A DNA stretch of 64,000 nt from Rhizodiscina lignyota (taxonomy: Eukaryota): the NCBI GenBank assembly GCA_010015805.1, contig ML978121.1, forward strand, positions 744,001 to 808,000, in the 5' to 3' direction. Positions 1 through 14,031 of the stretch are shown here, in pieces. The number at the start of each line of letters is the position of its first letter. The stretch's first letter is position 1. The notes beneath the pieces were generated by a model, which saw only the letters and a list, made by a program, of their open reading frames with translations, made no database searches and had not been told where the DNA came from. The position numbers and the translations under genes were made by a program.

Positions 1-1165
1 ATCGACGGGGGGTAGTCGTCGTGGTCGTGGGCCCTCTCGCGCGTCTGCTCAGCGAGCCATATGATGCTGCAGTGGGCGAGTAGCGGAATGCGAGTAACTT
101 GCTGCTCTTCGGGATGGTGTATGGGGGTGTATGAGAGGGAGTCGAGTCGGTTGGGCGTGAGGAGAGTGCAGGAGAGAGTGTCTCAAGGAAGGCCTGCTAA
201 AGCCTGCTAAAGGCGCTGCTTATCCAATCAGGCGTGGCCGACTTTATGCGTCGCACGCCACAGCATTCCTCATTTCAGCTGCAGCGTAGCATCATCTAGA
301 AACGCTACTAACCGGCACGCAAGCAGTTCGCTAATCACGAATTGACGAGAGCAGCTGTGCGGTGCTATCACGCACGGCGAGGTGGGAGTCTGCAGCCTCC
401 AACGCTCCCATATCACGGCCGCTTCAATTGTAACAGGACCCGTTAGCCGCCCATGATCTATTCTGGGCTGCAGGTCACATGTTGGATGGCAAATGGCAAG
501 ACAGGACGCCGTCTACCATGTTGGACAGCGGACTCGATGCTTGATCGCCACGAACACTCTCCTCCTTGTGCGCGCTGTGTCGCTGCATGTCTTGGATTGC
601 ACCCGCTGGGTCCATGTCAGACGTTAGAGGAGCATCCGTGGTTTAAGGTTTGATGGCAGGCCCCGTCCCCGTCAAATAAGCAGCAGCACGTGAAGCGGCG
701 CTCTGGGCTGCTCTGGGTACCCGCGCACCCAAATGCACGGTCGGAGGTACCGCTCGCCAGTAACCGCCAGCCAAGCCAGTCCGGGCTGCCGCTGGCTTTG
801 ACGCTCCTCATCAAACCACAAAGGCGACGCGCAAAAGTAATCATCGACCCTGCGACCCAGCCATAGGAGTGGCCGCGCTTGTTTCCATTATTATGCGCCC
901 TTGCCAGCAACGCGCGCCGTTCCCCTTAATTGTTCGGGTAGGTCCATAATCGTGGCGGCAGGGGATGTGTAGCGCGTGTCGTCACGTACCTCCTTTAACC
1001 CCAGACTTTGTATGACGGGAGCATCCATGACAGAAAATGTCCATCACCATCAACACTTTTCGCTGTATCTCACCACCATTCGCTAATTGGCACGCCCGCT
1101 CGCTTTTCATCTCCGGCATCCGCCATTATCATCCTTCCTTCGCAACCTATCCATGCCGTAACACA

Positions 1166-3222
1166 ATGGCAGAGCCACAAGTTAGAGACTTCCAGACGCG
1201 TGCGAGAGCGGCGACCGAATACATCTCTACTCAAACCTTCGGCGGTGACCTCGAGGCGCAGAGAAGCAGACGGCACAGCTCATCCGTCTCCCCAAATGTT
1301 GCTACTTCAGTTTCCGGTCGAAGCGTCGGGAACGACAACTTACACCCAGACGCTCGCACTTCCGTCGAGAGCCTAAGACGACGACCTACCAGACAAAACA
1401 CCGTTCGGCACTACAGCCAATCTGCTACACATGCGCAGTACGAAGAGCCCGGTGCAGAACCTGGTATAGACACGCAGAAGGAGGATGCGATACTACGATT
1501 CCGGCACTTGCTTGCAGATTGTCAGATTACCGTGGTCGACTTCTCGGAGGATCGCATACAACAGCATGAGCTGGACAATCGCACTCTTGCCGAATTCATC
1601 ATGCAGCCAAAGCCAGATTGGGTGGCCTGCCGTTGGATGAACGTCAATGGCATCAGTTTCGACGTTATACAACTCCTACAGAAGGAGAAGAACCTCCATC
1701 GCCTTGCGGTGGAGGATCTGTTACAGAGCAGAAGTAGGACAAAGGCCGATTGGTACTCTGATCATGCTTTCCGTAAGTGCTCTTCGTTCTTTAGCTGCTT
1801 GCTTAACGAAAGCTGCAATTGTCATACTCTCCCGACAATCTATGCGTGGACGCTCCTATTTCTTGTCAGCTTCCACCTCACTAGAACCAATGTCATGTCA
1901 ATCAATTAGATCTCTTACTATGTGTTCATTGCTTCTTCAGAGAAGCTCTATACCGTGTTATCTAATGTTCTTTCAGTGCTCTTAACCCTCCAAAAGCTGG
2001 TTCGCATCAGTCCTGAAGAGGAACCCGAGGACGACTTTAACGATGCCAAAAAGAATACACTGAAGAAAAAGAAGGGTATTTTTCAACGACTGCAGCGGGC
2101 AGCGACATTTGAGCATGACGCGGATCTCAAGGATGCCCGGATGAACTCCATTGAGAAGCCTCAAGTCGGCGGCTACATGTCAAACCACAACCTTCATGCG
2201 ATTCCTACCCCTGAACATCACTTCAAGACTCTTCAAGAATACCGCGGCGGGCGAAACCTTGAGCGCGTGTTGTATATGGAACGACACTCCGCGCTAACAG
2301 AAAAGGGGCTCGCGGTAAGCGTGGAGCAAGTGTCGATATTCTTGACGAGCGATAACACGGTTATATCATTCTTCGAAGCCTCTGCGGACGACATCGAAGG
2401 GCCTATAATCAAGCGTCTTGAATCTGAAGACACAATTCTCAGGCGGAGCTGCGATGCGAGCATGATGGTTCAAGCAGTCATCGATGCAGTCATTGATCTA
2501 GCCATACCGGTCATCGCGGCTTATGAAGATGTCATCTCAAATCTGGAGCTCGATGTGTTGACTGATCCCGACATTGAACACTCGAAATCCCTCTACATAC
2601 TCTCGTCTGAACTTTCAGCCCTTCGCAACACCATACATCCCATAGGAAGTCTCATTAGTGCACTACGAGACCATCGTTCTGAGCCAGTAGTTGGAAGTGA
2701 GTTTCATCCCTGAGTGGCTCCCATACAAGTACTAATTGGCGCTCTTTAGCTCCTGGAACTCCTGGAACACCAGGTATCCGTCATCGACCCTCCCGCTTCA
2801 TGCCTACTACTGTCAATATCACTCCTCTGGCGCATACCTATCTTGGCGACGTCGAAGATCACTGTGTTATCATCACACAATCCCTGGACCAGATGATACG
2901 TGCCACAAACAGCATGATCGACCTGATCTTTAATATGATGGGCAGTTTCCAAAACGAGTCCATGAAGATCCTCACCGCCGTCACCATTTTCTTCTTACCA
3001 TTGACCTTCCTGACTGGCTATTTCGGCCAGAATTTTAAGCATTTCGAGGGCATTGAGCATAGCGATTTGTACTTTTGGAAAATTGCCGTCCCGGTCATGT
3101 GCGTGACCACGCTGCTGTTGCTGAATGGAATGATTGTCCGGTTCTTTAGAAGGATGCACCAGAAGATTTGGATACGAAGATCCAGGAGGGCGAGATTGAC
3201 GAATCCGTACAGAAGAGGCTGA
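1166..3222 (+). CDS. CorA/ZntB-family divalent metal transporter (3 exons)
   Basis: ORFs 1037-1909, 1922-2713 and 2800-3222 join through introns 1773-1976 (gtaagt..tttcag) and ~2697-2749. Motifs [55 protein letters not shown] and two C-terminal TM helices. Start is ATG 1166, alternatively 1037. Confidence 0.9.
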
Positions 3223-4259
3223 GATGCAGAGCGTGAGTCGAAACAAAGACACGGAGACTTGGCTCTGAAAGGAATGTCCGATATCACGAAAGTGGCTCTT
3301 CCGCAATATGGCACCAGACTGGGAAGGTCGTCACGCTTCTTGGGGGCGTCATCTGCGGGTTTCATGCGGATACGGCTGATGACTTATTCTCCGTAATCCT
3401 CCCAATGATGGACAACCAGAAGATAATGTGAAAGGTTCAAGCCGTGGGCCCGATGCACATGTAGATGGACATATGCTATCTTCTGCACAACGGCGACGAA
3501 GCGAAGGTTTATGATGAGTTTTGGTACGATGATACCCCGTGATGTTTGTGTACATATAACCGAGTAGCCCTGGCACATCGATAAATGATCGTCTTATACA
3601 CGTGGCTACCTAGTCCCAATGATTTCCGGACGATCCGCCTCCGTCAGACGTGTGTGGCTTGATGAGAGGAAAGGTAACATCCCTTCCATGAGTTACACCT
3701 TGTAGTGGGACCGAAAATTCAGCCTCGAGACCACCAATCAGGTATTCTGGACGCGATTCCCAGCAAATTCTACGCTTCGTTTCAGGGGATGTAGCATATG
3801 CATCGGTGTGAGAAGGTGGCAGTGTATGTAGCCATCCCAGTTTGCCTGCACATCGCTCCCAATGCCTGAGGTGAGAGGCGAGGTCAATGGCGAAGACGCG
3901 ACACGGCGAGTACAGTTTGCCAGCGCAGCGCAAAAGTTGCGGCCGCGTCTTCCTGTAATATAGTTTTGCAGGCTTGCTTTGAAACGTGAGCGGCTGCCGA
4001 GGTTGGGTGTGATATGCTCTCAGCTGCACAGCCACTGACGCACACACGAACTATTTCGGGCAAGCTTCCAAGGTGCCCGCGAATGTGCCCGTTGGATCAG
4101 GCTAGAGATACACCGACAGCCGCCGAATAACTTTAGCGCTTTTTCGTTCCCAGACTGAACGAACAAGAGACATATCCCTTTGACGACCAATTGCGGCTTC
4201 CAGGAAGCGCTTTTCCCGTCCGATGCCTGGATCCTGCAGTCCCTTCACGCGCACGATCG

Positions 4260-7200
4260 ATGTCGGCCGCCGGTGAGGCTCCCAGAGGAGGACTGCGAAG
4301 GAGACATTCAGGCCACTCGGACGATGAAGAGTTGGGATTCGAGCCGAGCGGCGAGCCGGAGAATGGACAGGAGACAACATACGAGATTGATGTCGCGGCC
4401 AACAGGAGGAGGTCTACAGGAAGCGGGAGGAGCCAGCGGCGACAAAAGTCATTAAGCTCTGGCGTGGACCTTGAAGTCCTACCACCTGCAGAAGGGAGAC
4501 AAAGCATGGGCGATGCGCCGAAGATGGTTCGCTTCTCTACAGAGCTGGATAGACCCGCTGCCAGCAGCCTGCCAAATGTTGGTGACTTTGGCGGGTCACG
4601 AGAATCGCCAGGGCGAAAGCACGCGGATGGACCTGGACTGTCGGTGATCACGTCAAATGAATCCTCGACTTTTCTGGGCGAAGGGACTGTAATAAGTCCT
4701 CCGGACATAACTTCGCCGCCTGGCGCAGGAGAGACGCCAAAACGCGCCGGATCCTTCCCGCTGTCGCCAAAGACGAGGAGCCGAGGCTGGTCTTTACGGC
4801 GTAATATGTTCAACAGGAATATGGACGACGCGTCACAGGCAGCTAGAGGGTCAATAGTTAAATTAGAGGAGGGGGGCTCATCAGAAGCCGGCTCTTCTAC
4901 CAGACCACAGCCGTTCGACGCCATCACCAACTCGGACAAAACTTCTGGCTCGGATAAGAAGCGCGATCATATCGTTACCGTCTCGCCCCGTATTGAAGAA
5001 TTCGAAATTGACGACAGTCAAGCTTCCTTCAAGAAGGGTAAAGGCTTGCAAGGACTCTCTGCACTGCCAGAATACGATTCCTGGGTTCGCGAGCGGGCAC
5101 GACATAATGCCTACCTCCGCCGCATTCGGGCGGGATATCACAAGCTTCGGAAGATCATATTACGGATCCAAGAGATCCCACCATCAGTGGATGGGAGGTA
5201 CATTGAGCTCGACGCGAGCAGAAAGAAGGCGCTGACCGACGAGAGGACTGGAAGGTTTTACATCGGCAACACAATTAGAAGCACTCGATATACGCTGTGG
5301 AGCTTTCTGCCACGGCAGCTGTTTGCACAGTTCTCGAAATTGGCCAATTTCTATTTCCTTTGCATCTCGATTTTGCAGATGATACCCAGTAAGTTTCAGC
5401 TGGTTGCTTCCCCTTTTTGGATGTCATACTCACGGAGTCATGTAGATCTAAGTACTACTGGAACGTATACGACTATTATCCCTTTGCTGTTCTTTGTTGC
5501 ATTGTCCATGGGTAAGGAAGGCTACGACGATTTCAGACGCTACAAACTCGATAAGACCGAAAACAACCGCGATGCGGACGTTCTGCATGCATATCAGCCC
5601 GTGGAGGCGTCAGAAGTACACTCACAGGGCGCTTCAAACCCTGTTGCTCCTATCCACTGGGCTAAGAAGAAGTGGCACGATCTCCAGGTGGGAGACATTG
5701 TCAAGCTGGACCGCGATGATCCTGCCCCGGCCGATTTGGTGCTATTACATTCCGATGGACCGAACAACATTGCTTACATCGAAACGATGGCCTTGGATGG
5801 CGAGACAAATCTCAAGGGCAAACAAGCGACTACCGAGGTGGCAAAGAGGTGCGACTCATTGGAGCGCATCGCTGCTTGCCGTGCGGAGTTCGTGGTGGAA
5901 GACCCGAATCTAGATCTGTACAATTTCGAGGGACGTGTGTTAATTGCGGGAGAGGCTGCTCCGCTGACCAACAACGAGATCATCTATCGTGGCAGCGTGC
6001 TGCGAAATACTCCCCAGGCGATTGGAATGGTCATCTACACAGGAGAGGAATGCAAGATCCGGATGAATGCCAACAAGAACCCACGCATCAAAGCGCCTGC
6101 TCTCCAATCAATTGTCAACAAGGTCGTCATAGTCATTGCCGTCTTCGTTGTCCTCCTTGCCATCTTCAACACCGTGGCGTACCAGATCTGGTCTGCTGAC
6201 AAAGAACAAAAGAGCTGGTATTTACAGTCTGCTAAGGTAGCCTTCTTCCCCATCCTAGCAAGCTTCATTGTTATGTTCAACACTCTACTCCCGCTGAGTT
6301 TGTACGTGAGTTTGGAGATTGTCAAGGTGGCGCAAATGTTCCTCATGAACGACGTCGACATGTATGACCCGGTCTCCAACACACCTTTTGAGGCTAGGAC
6401 TTCGACGATCAACGAGGAGCTCGGCCAAATCAGCTACATCTTCTCAGACAAGACCGGAACTCTGACGGACAACTCGATGAAATTCCGCAAATTGAGTGTC
6501 GCTGGAACTGCGTGGATACATGATCTCGACCTCCGGGATGATAAGGGCAAGAAGAAGCTTATACACAAGAAGCGTAATAAAGGCAAGAAACCGATGAAGA
6601 AGGGACGGGTATCAGAAGCAGACACGAGAAAGTCTGGCCTGAGTGCATTCAACGCGGATAGACTAGTGGAAGACGAGGCGATGGAAGATTCACAATGGAG
6701 GTCATCCACAAGGCCCAAACAATCGCAGCAGGAGCTGAAGACCGAGCATATGATACGATACATTCAAGTCAAACCGCACACCATCTTTGCCCGAAAGGCG
6801 CGACTTTTCTTGCTTTCGATCGCGATATGCCACACATGTCTTCCAGAGAGAAAAGAAGATGGGAGCATGGAATTTCAAGCATCTTCGCCCGACGAGTTGG
6901 CACTCGTCAAAGCGGCGCAAGAGCTTGGCTTTCTCCTCATTAACCGCGACGCCGGAACGATGACGCTGAAATATACTCCTTCTCCCGATGGCATCGACGA
7001 CGGGCTTACGGAGACCTTCCAGATCCTCGACGTGATCGAGTTCTCCAGCAAGCGTAAGCGCATGTCGATCACTGTTCGCTTCCCTGACGGCCGCATCTGC
7101 TTGTTCTGCAAGGGCGCGGATTCAGTCGTCATGCAGCGGCTCAGACATGCGCGATTAGCAAACGAGAAAGTCGTCGAGATTGAGAAGCGTGCGAACAAGC

Positions 7201-9443
7201 GCAAGAGCCTTGAAGCTCACATTGCCATGGCACGCAAGAGCGAGCAGATTGAGCGCCAGAACAGCTTCTCAATGGCTGGTGCAGGCAGGGCAAGCGTGAG
7301 TCTCAGTCGACCAAGTATTGGCGGCCTAACGATGGGACGACCTAGCACGAGCGCCAGACTCCCTTCTATCAGAGACGAACTTGATGGCTGGTTAAGGGAA
7401 AGAGAGAATGATGTCGAAGTCAGCCAAACTCTCAACAATAGCGCTTACTACTCGCCAAGGGCATCTGCACAGCTGAGTCGTGCTTCGATGTCAATGTCAA
7501 TGTCCGAACTGCGGAATTCAATGCAGTGGGAAGACTATGAAGATCTCGTAGACGAGGCTTTGGCTGTCGACGAACCGGCGGTCATTGAGCGTACGTTCCA
7601 ACACATTAACGACTTTGCAACCGACGGCTTGCGCACTCTACTGTATGGATACCGTTTCATCGATGATGAGGACTATGCAAGCTGGCACAAGATCTATCTC
7701 GACGCCACTACCTCTCTCGTGGGTCGTCAGGATAAGATTGAAAAGGCTGGTGAATTGATCGAGCAGGAATTGGAACTTGCTGGTGCCACTGCGATTGAGG
7801 ACAAGCTGCAGCAGGGCGTTCCTGAGTCGATTGACAAGCTGAGAAGAGCGAACATCAAGCTCTGGATGCTGACAGGTGACAAGCGCGAGACTGCTATCAA
7901 CATTGGGCATTCATGCCGTCTGATCAAGGATTATTCCACGGTTGTGGTACTTGACCATGAGGCTGGCGAGGTTGAGCAAAACATCGCTGCTGCGCTGCTT
8001 AGTCTCAATGGAGGCGGTATTGCTCATATGGTGGTTGTTATTGATGGACAGACTCTTGCTATGGTTGAAGCGGGGAATGTGCGAAATCTTTTCTACGACT
8101 TGGCCATTCTGGCAGATTCCGTGGTATGCTGTCGCGCAAGTCCAAGCCAGAAGGCCGGGCTCGTCAAGACTATCCGCAAGCGCGTTAAGAAGAGTATCAC
8201 CCTTGCAATTGGAGATGGTGCCAACGATATCGCCATGATCCAGGAGGCCCACGTGGGCATTGGTATCACTGGCAAAGAAGGCCTGCAAGCGGCGCGCACG
8301 TCCGACTATTCGATTGCGCAGTTCAGATTCTTGACAAAGCTTCTGCTCGTGCATGGACGGTGGAACTACATTCGGACTTGCAAGTACACTGTCGGTACGT
8401 TCTGGAAGGAATCGTTGTTTTACCTCACGCAGGCCCTCTACCAGCGCTGGAACGGCTACACTGGAACGTCGCTTTACGAGTCTTGGAGTCTGAGTATGTT
8501 CAATACACTATTTACGTCGCTCCCGGTCATCTTCATAGGCGTCTTCGAGAAGGATTTGCTGCCCTCGACGCTGCTTGCCGTGCCGGAGCTGTATACCAAA
8601 GGCCAGCGGAATGGCGGTTTCAATTTCAAGATCTACCTCGGGTGGATATTCATGGCGGCTTCGGAAGCAATGGTTGTCTTCTTCGTCATGCTGAGCATCT
8701 ATGGAGATGCGCTCTTTACTCTTGACAATAGTCTCTTCGCGATGGGCGACATGACATTCACGGCTTGTGTCATCATAATCAGCACAAAGATGCAGTAAGT
8801 CCTAACCCCCACGTGCTTTGTAACGCCTTACCAACATCAAGACAGGCTGCTTGAAATGCATAACAAGTCGATCGTCGCCGCCATCAGCATCTTCCTCGAG
8901 GTTGGCGGCTGGTTCCTCTGGAACATGATCCTTGCGAAGATCTATACGAATAACGTCATCTACTTTGTCCGCGATGCCTTCTTCTCCCGCTTCGGCCGCA
9001 ACCCGCTCTGGTGGCTGACGCTCATCCTCATCCTTTCCGCCGTTGTCATCTTCGAGATTGCCGTCGCGTCTCTCCGCGCTGGCCTCTGGCCGACGGATGT
9101 CGACACCTTCCAGGCGCTCGAGCAAGACCTCGAGATACGCAAGCGGTTCGAAGAGGCAGCGGCCACGGAGCTACAGCAGGGTTGGGATAGAGGCAAAAAG
9201 AAATCGTCGATGGAGATTGCGAGGGACGAAGCTGAGCAGGAGGCACGTGAGGGCCAGGTCCAGGAGATGTTGGATAACCGGCCGGAGCAGCTGGAGGACC
9301 AAGTCAAGCCCGGCATGAGACGGGGCACCAGCTTTGGAAGTACTAGGGATGTGCCGGGCCAGGGTGTACCAAGGAGGAGCACAGATATAGAAAGGATGCT
9401 GCACAGAGGATTTGGCAGCGTTAGGCGCGAGCACGAGAGTTGA
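4260..9443 (+). CDS. DNF3: P4-ATPase phospholipid flippase, Dnf3-like
   Basis: LDGETNLK, PLSLYVSLE, DKTGTLT phosphorylation motif, CKGAD, LTGDK and GDGAND. Introns 5389-5445 (in-frame) and 8795-8845 join the ORF at 8856-9443. The long N-terminus and N-domain insertions fit the Dnf3 subgroup. Confidence 0.9.
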
Positions 9444-9774
9444 GCGGGTAACGCCCTTTGTTGGAATTTTAGCATTGCGTAACGGCGTTGGGCACCTGCT
9501 TAGAGGGTATATACCAGGCCATAGCATCAATGTCAATATTTTAGCTTAGAAATGTCCACTAGGTTGACATTCTCAAATTGTGCCGGCCGAGAGTGAGACC
9601 CCGCCTTGTGTGGACGGGATCCCTCGGTCTAATCCGGCGGAGCGTACACACGACATCCAGAAGAAGGAATGGATGAAAGGTCTCAAAGTGCATCTTAATT
9701 GCTAATTGAAGGTCTGGTTTACTTTTCTTTCTATTCTATTGTTTTGAGAGTGAGTTTAGGTGATCCCGTTCAAA

Positions 9775-11844
9775 ATGGCTAGGATCTACCGCGACCCAAA
9801 AACGGTGCCTGTCCCCCAACTGGACCTCCTCACATTTATATTCGGTACAAAATCTCACCCTCTACCTTTCCCAATTGACAAGATTAGACGTGCTCATGAA
9901 GAGCAGATTCCGAGCACAGTGCCTTCAGGTCGGCTCCAGACGATATTGTCCTCCACGCCGAAGCCGCCAATCCGGAGAACAAAGTCACCAGAGGCAGATT
10001 CCTAGCATACATCGAGCAGTTCGCCCATGGTCTCCGCCACCAGTATGGCATCGGCGCCAAAGGTCCAAATGAAGATGTGGTCGTCGTCATGTCCACCGGC
10101 CAACCGCTCATCCCGGCGGTCTTCTTCGGCATCATCTGCGCAGGCGGAGTAGTCTCATCAGCTTCGCATTCTTTCACCCCAGCGGAGCTGGCGAGACAGA
10201 TCAAGCAAGGCGGAAGCAATCTGCTCGTTACCAGCCCGGACTTGCGGCATGTTGCATTTGAGGCGGCGAAGCAATGTGACTTGCCAATGAGCAGGGTGCT
10301 GGTCATTCAATCGAGCCCCGTGTGGTCCTTCAAGAGCGCCGATGGGCTTGTGGACATCTGGTCAGATCAGAGATTAACCTGGAAACGTATCATGGATCGT
10401 GAAGAGCTGAAGAAGAGTTTGATCGTTTTGCTCTACTCGAGTGGGACTACTGGGCCTCCGAAAGGTCAGCTGTTCTAAGCAAGTCTCGAAGAGCAATTTT
10501 TCTGATACCTTACAGGAGTTATGCTGAGCCATCTCAATCTCGTCACGGAAATCGCTGTCCCTGCCGCCCAATCAAAAGAATGGGCCGCATCTCAAGGTCC
10601 AGACTTCGCGCCACCACCAATGCGGACAGTAGCGCACTTGCCAATAGCGCATATTGCTGGTCTGGCAGGCTACATGCTCGTGCCGCCAATGGCAGCCGGT
10701 GTTCGTTTCCTTGCTACACTATGGACACGCGAAATATGCTAATTTGCTTGGATAGACGGTCTATTGGATGCGAAAGTACGAGTGGAAGTCGTTTATCAAG
10801 CACATGAAGGAGTTCCAGGTCACGGCATTCTACACCGTTCCGTCAATCTTCCTCCGGATAGCGAAATCCCCAGATGTAACCGACCATTTCAAGAGTGTCC
10901 TTGCGGCAACGACGGGCGCGGCGCCAATGGATGCAGAGCTGCAGAATGCGGCAAACGCAAAATTGGGCGCGGGAGCGACGTTCATCGGGCAAACTTGGGG
11001 TTTGAGTGAGACTACTGGAGCGGTAGGGATCGTCAGAAGTTGGAGTTTGTCTCTTCCTATGTACTGACAGACTCCCACAGGTGACAGCTATGCCGAAGGG
11101 CCAGACCGACACGACAGGGAGCATCAGCCCTGTCTTGCCGAACATGCAAGTAAGGTGAGAATGCCACTATTCAAGGACAGTAATGGGCTGTTATTGACGG
11201 CGCTGCAGACTTGTCGACGATAATGATAATGATGTTGAGGAGGGTCAACCAGGAGAGCTGATAGTAAAAGGAGACATTGTTACGAACGGATACTACAGGT
11301 CTGTGCACAATATCCACTCTTTCAGGATCAGCATTTTGTTCTGACCAAGAGAAAAGAAACCCAGAAGCAACGAGAGATGCATTCCGTAATGGCTGGTTTT
11401 GCAGCGGGGATATCGCAGTACTGCGGAATGGAATGTTCTATATTGTCGACCGGAAAAAGGTATCAAAGCCGCCAAATAGTGACAATAGCAGAGAGGCTGA
11501 CAACAGTGAAGGAACTCATCAAATACAAGGGCCTTCAGATTGCCCCAGCCGAGCTCGAGAGTCTGCTCATCACACACCCAAAGGTCCAAGAAGCGTGCGT
11601 TGTTGGCATTCCGGAAGAAGGCGGCACCTCGGAGGTTCCACGAGCATACGTCGTCACGAATGCTTCAGATCTGAGCGAAGATGAAGTGAAGAAATATGTA
11701 GCGGATAACCTGTCTCCTTACAAGCAGCTGAGAGGTGGAGTGAAGTTCGTAGATGCGATCCCCAAAAACGCTATCGGAAAGATGCTGAGGCGCGAGTTGA
11801 GAGATCAAGCGAGGAAGGAAGCGCAACGGACAGCGAGGTTGTGA
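9775..11844 (+). CDS. 4-coumarate-CoA-ligase-like acyl-CoA synthetase (AMP-binding), probably peroxisomal
   Basis: YSSGTTGPPKG AMP-binding motif, GQTWGLSET, GWFCSGD, VDRKKELIKYKG and IPKNAIGKMLRR. Several short introns (first 9845-9906). C-terminal tripeptide ARL fits PTS1. Confidence 0.9.
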
Positions 11845-12227
11845 GGGTATTACACTTACTTCCAGTCGTAGGTCGACTTGGTGTTCTCCTTTGATCAATG
11901 GCATCCCGCGTCGTACCATTGCTTCAGCTAAATTAAATCCGTTTCCAAGCTGGGCCAGTGGCTGAAGGTAACATCGTTGAGTCTCCGCCAGAAGCGACAA
12001 CATTCTTCAACCTAGCTTTCATCCTTTAATAGACCGGAATTCTCATTGAAATGTTTGCTAACTCTTATCATTCATGCCACACAGCCCCGATGCGGCGCTT
12101 CCACTAGCAGGGAAAAGCGAGAAAGGAAGTAAGAAGCCATTTGTGCGTGCGCCACCTGCCAGGGAGTCTATCGTCTTAAAACCCATTCCAGAAGAAACAG
12201 AGCAGAAAAACCATCTAGGCCATTAGA

Positions 12228-13789
12228 TTACGTATGGTCATCCTTTGCAGACCTGGGTTGCAACTCTGGAGGTTCATGCCACCGACTTCCGGTTTCCGCG
12301 TCTCGAAAGCGCGCGGGAAGCGTGACCGGAACCAACCCTTTCCCTTGAGCTTTGATGTTTTCCAGCTGCTTTGCTGTATTCGAATTGCGCTTGTCAATGC
12401 TGAAGACGCTGACTCGATGCTGGCAATGTGTCACGTGTGCACTCCAATTCCACACTTCTCGTGCCGAAGAAGGCTGTGTGTTGAGCGCGTTATCGAACGT
12501 CCTACACTTTAGATCAATCCATCCTTCAATTGACACGGGTATTTTTATCTCCCAGAGTCGCAGGGCGAACATATGCTTCGGGGTTAGGTTCTCGTCAGGC
12601 ACTGTGTTCCAGCTATAGCCATCGTCAGTGGAGACTTCAACGATCTCCGGCCACCTTCCGCCTCCGCTGTATGCCCAGCCTCGAACATGTATTGTGCCCT
12701 CGTGGATGATTACGTCCTTACTTCGGGGCGAGAGGATCGCGGAAGAAACAGGCATCTCCAGTATTGGCATGCCATTTTTAAAATCACCATTAGCTTTGCT
12801 AACCTGGTGATTAAAGAAGAGATACTCGACTCTTTGCACTGGTGACATCGAAGGCTGGTCCAACACTCGGATTCGGTACAGCCATTTTGTAGACCTTGCA
12901 CCGATACTTCCAAGCACTACGGCCCGCAGTGGCCCTCCGTGGATTCTCGGCAGCGGCCGTCCATTCATTTCCCAAGCGAGGAGGACCTGGTCTGCGTTGA
13001 TTTTGGCCCACGGCACGCTCACGGCATAATTGAGTGGAGTGTTGCCTTTGATGTACGTGTCTGCACCAATAAGCTCCACATGCCTGCCTCCAGCAGCAAA
13101 GCCACCGCAATAATCGATCACATCTCTCAGTGACACCCCAGTCCATTTCGCGGTAGAGATTGCTCTTTGTTCCCACGGTGCATTAATCATGTCATCGCCC
13201 TCTGCAGGATATTGTGTTAATAGCTCGGAACGGCGATTTCCGCTACATTGTATCGTTGCAATCAGAGATTGCTGTCGGAAAATGTCGCCATCTTGCAGTA
13301 CAGAGAGGCCCATTTCACTAGGTTTGTTCACCAGACCATCAACGATGAGCGTGCATTGCGAAGAGTCGATGGTTGGTATTCCGCCGTGGTTACGGACAAA
13401 ATGATATTGATTTGGAGTGATCAAGTTTTCATGCAGTTTTTCCTTGTTCAGTCAGGAAAGCTGCGCTGCTTGAATACTCGTCTGACAGACTCACGGGCGG
13501 CGGTTCTCCGTTATATGGGAATTCGAGGACATGGCGCATATCCTTCGCCTTCTCGGCTTCGACAACTTCCCAACTCTTGGAAGGCAGCTCTGCCAGAGGC
13601 TCCCCGAGCGCTTGATGAACCTTCTTCCATCGTTCGCCGCCGAAAATGGGGTTTGTGTCGGGCGGAGGAGACAGTTGGAATTCAGGAGGCTTTTGACGAG
13701 TCAGCACACCGAGATTGCTGGTCCTCCCAATCCACGTGCCCCGTCCAACCACCGTGGACCTCGTTCAGGGCCTTTTCAAAACTCGGCAT
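12228..13789 (-). CDS. Sulfite-oxidase-family molybdopterin oxidoreductase, with an apparent frameshift near the 5' end (possible pseudogene)
   Basis: FPYNGEPP, HFVRNHGGIP, QCSGNRR (Mo-ligand Cys), LAWEMNG..LP..HG.PLR and GWAYSGGGR. Intron 13443-13494 joins in frame. The upstream GWTGHVDWE block from ATG 13789 is in a different frame from PPEFQL. Confidence 0.85.
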
Positions 13790-14031
13790 TTGCTCCTAGT
13801 TGATCACACCTGTTTGCAGTGCTCCCGTGTGCTTCTCAATACAGCACCACCTACGTTCATATACCTGTCTGCTAAATATCCTGGCCAGTGACGTACACTC
13901 CTCACTCGCGTCATTACGTCTTATTGACGAGATACGTATTTCCGAGTATAAGTATACATGTATTTGTATGATGTCAAGCCACGTTGTGATATCCGTCATC
14001 AAAATCTCGATCCAGGAAGCCTTGAAAAGCC

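Noticed and set aside
1..220. Possible minus-strand gene start at the window edge and a short gcctgctaaa duplication at ~192-211
   Set aside because: The ATG at 60 is followed by a stop after 3 codons. There is too little sequence to support a gene, and the 10-bp duplication is trivial.
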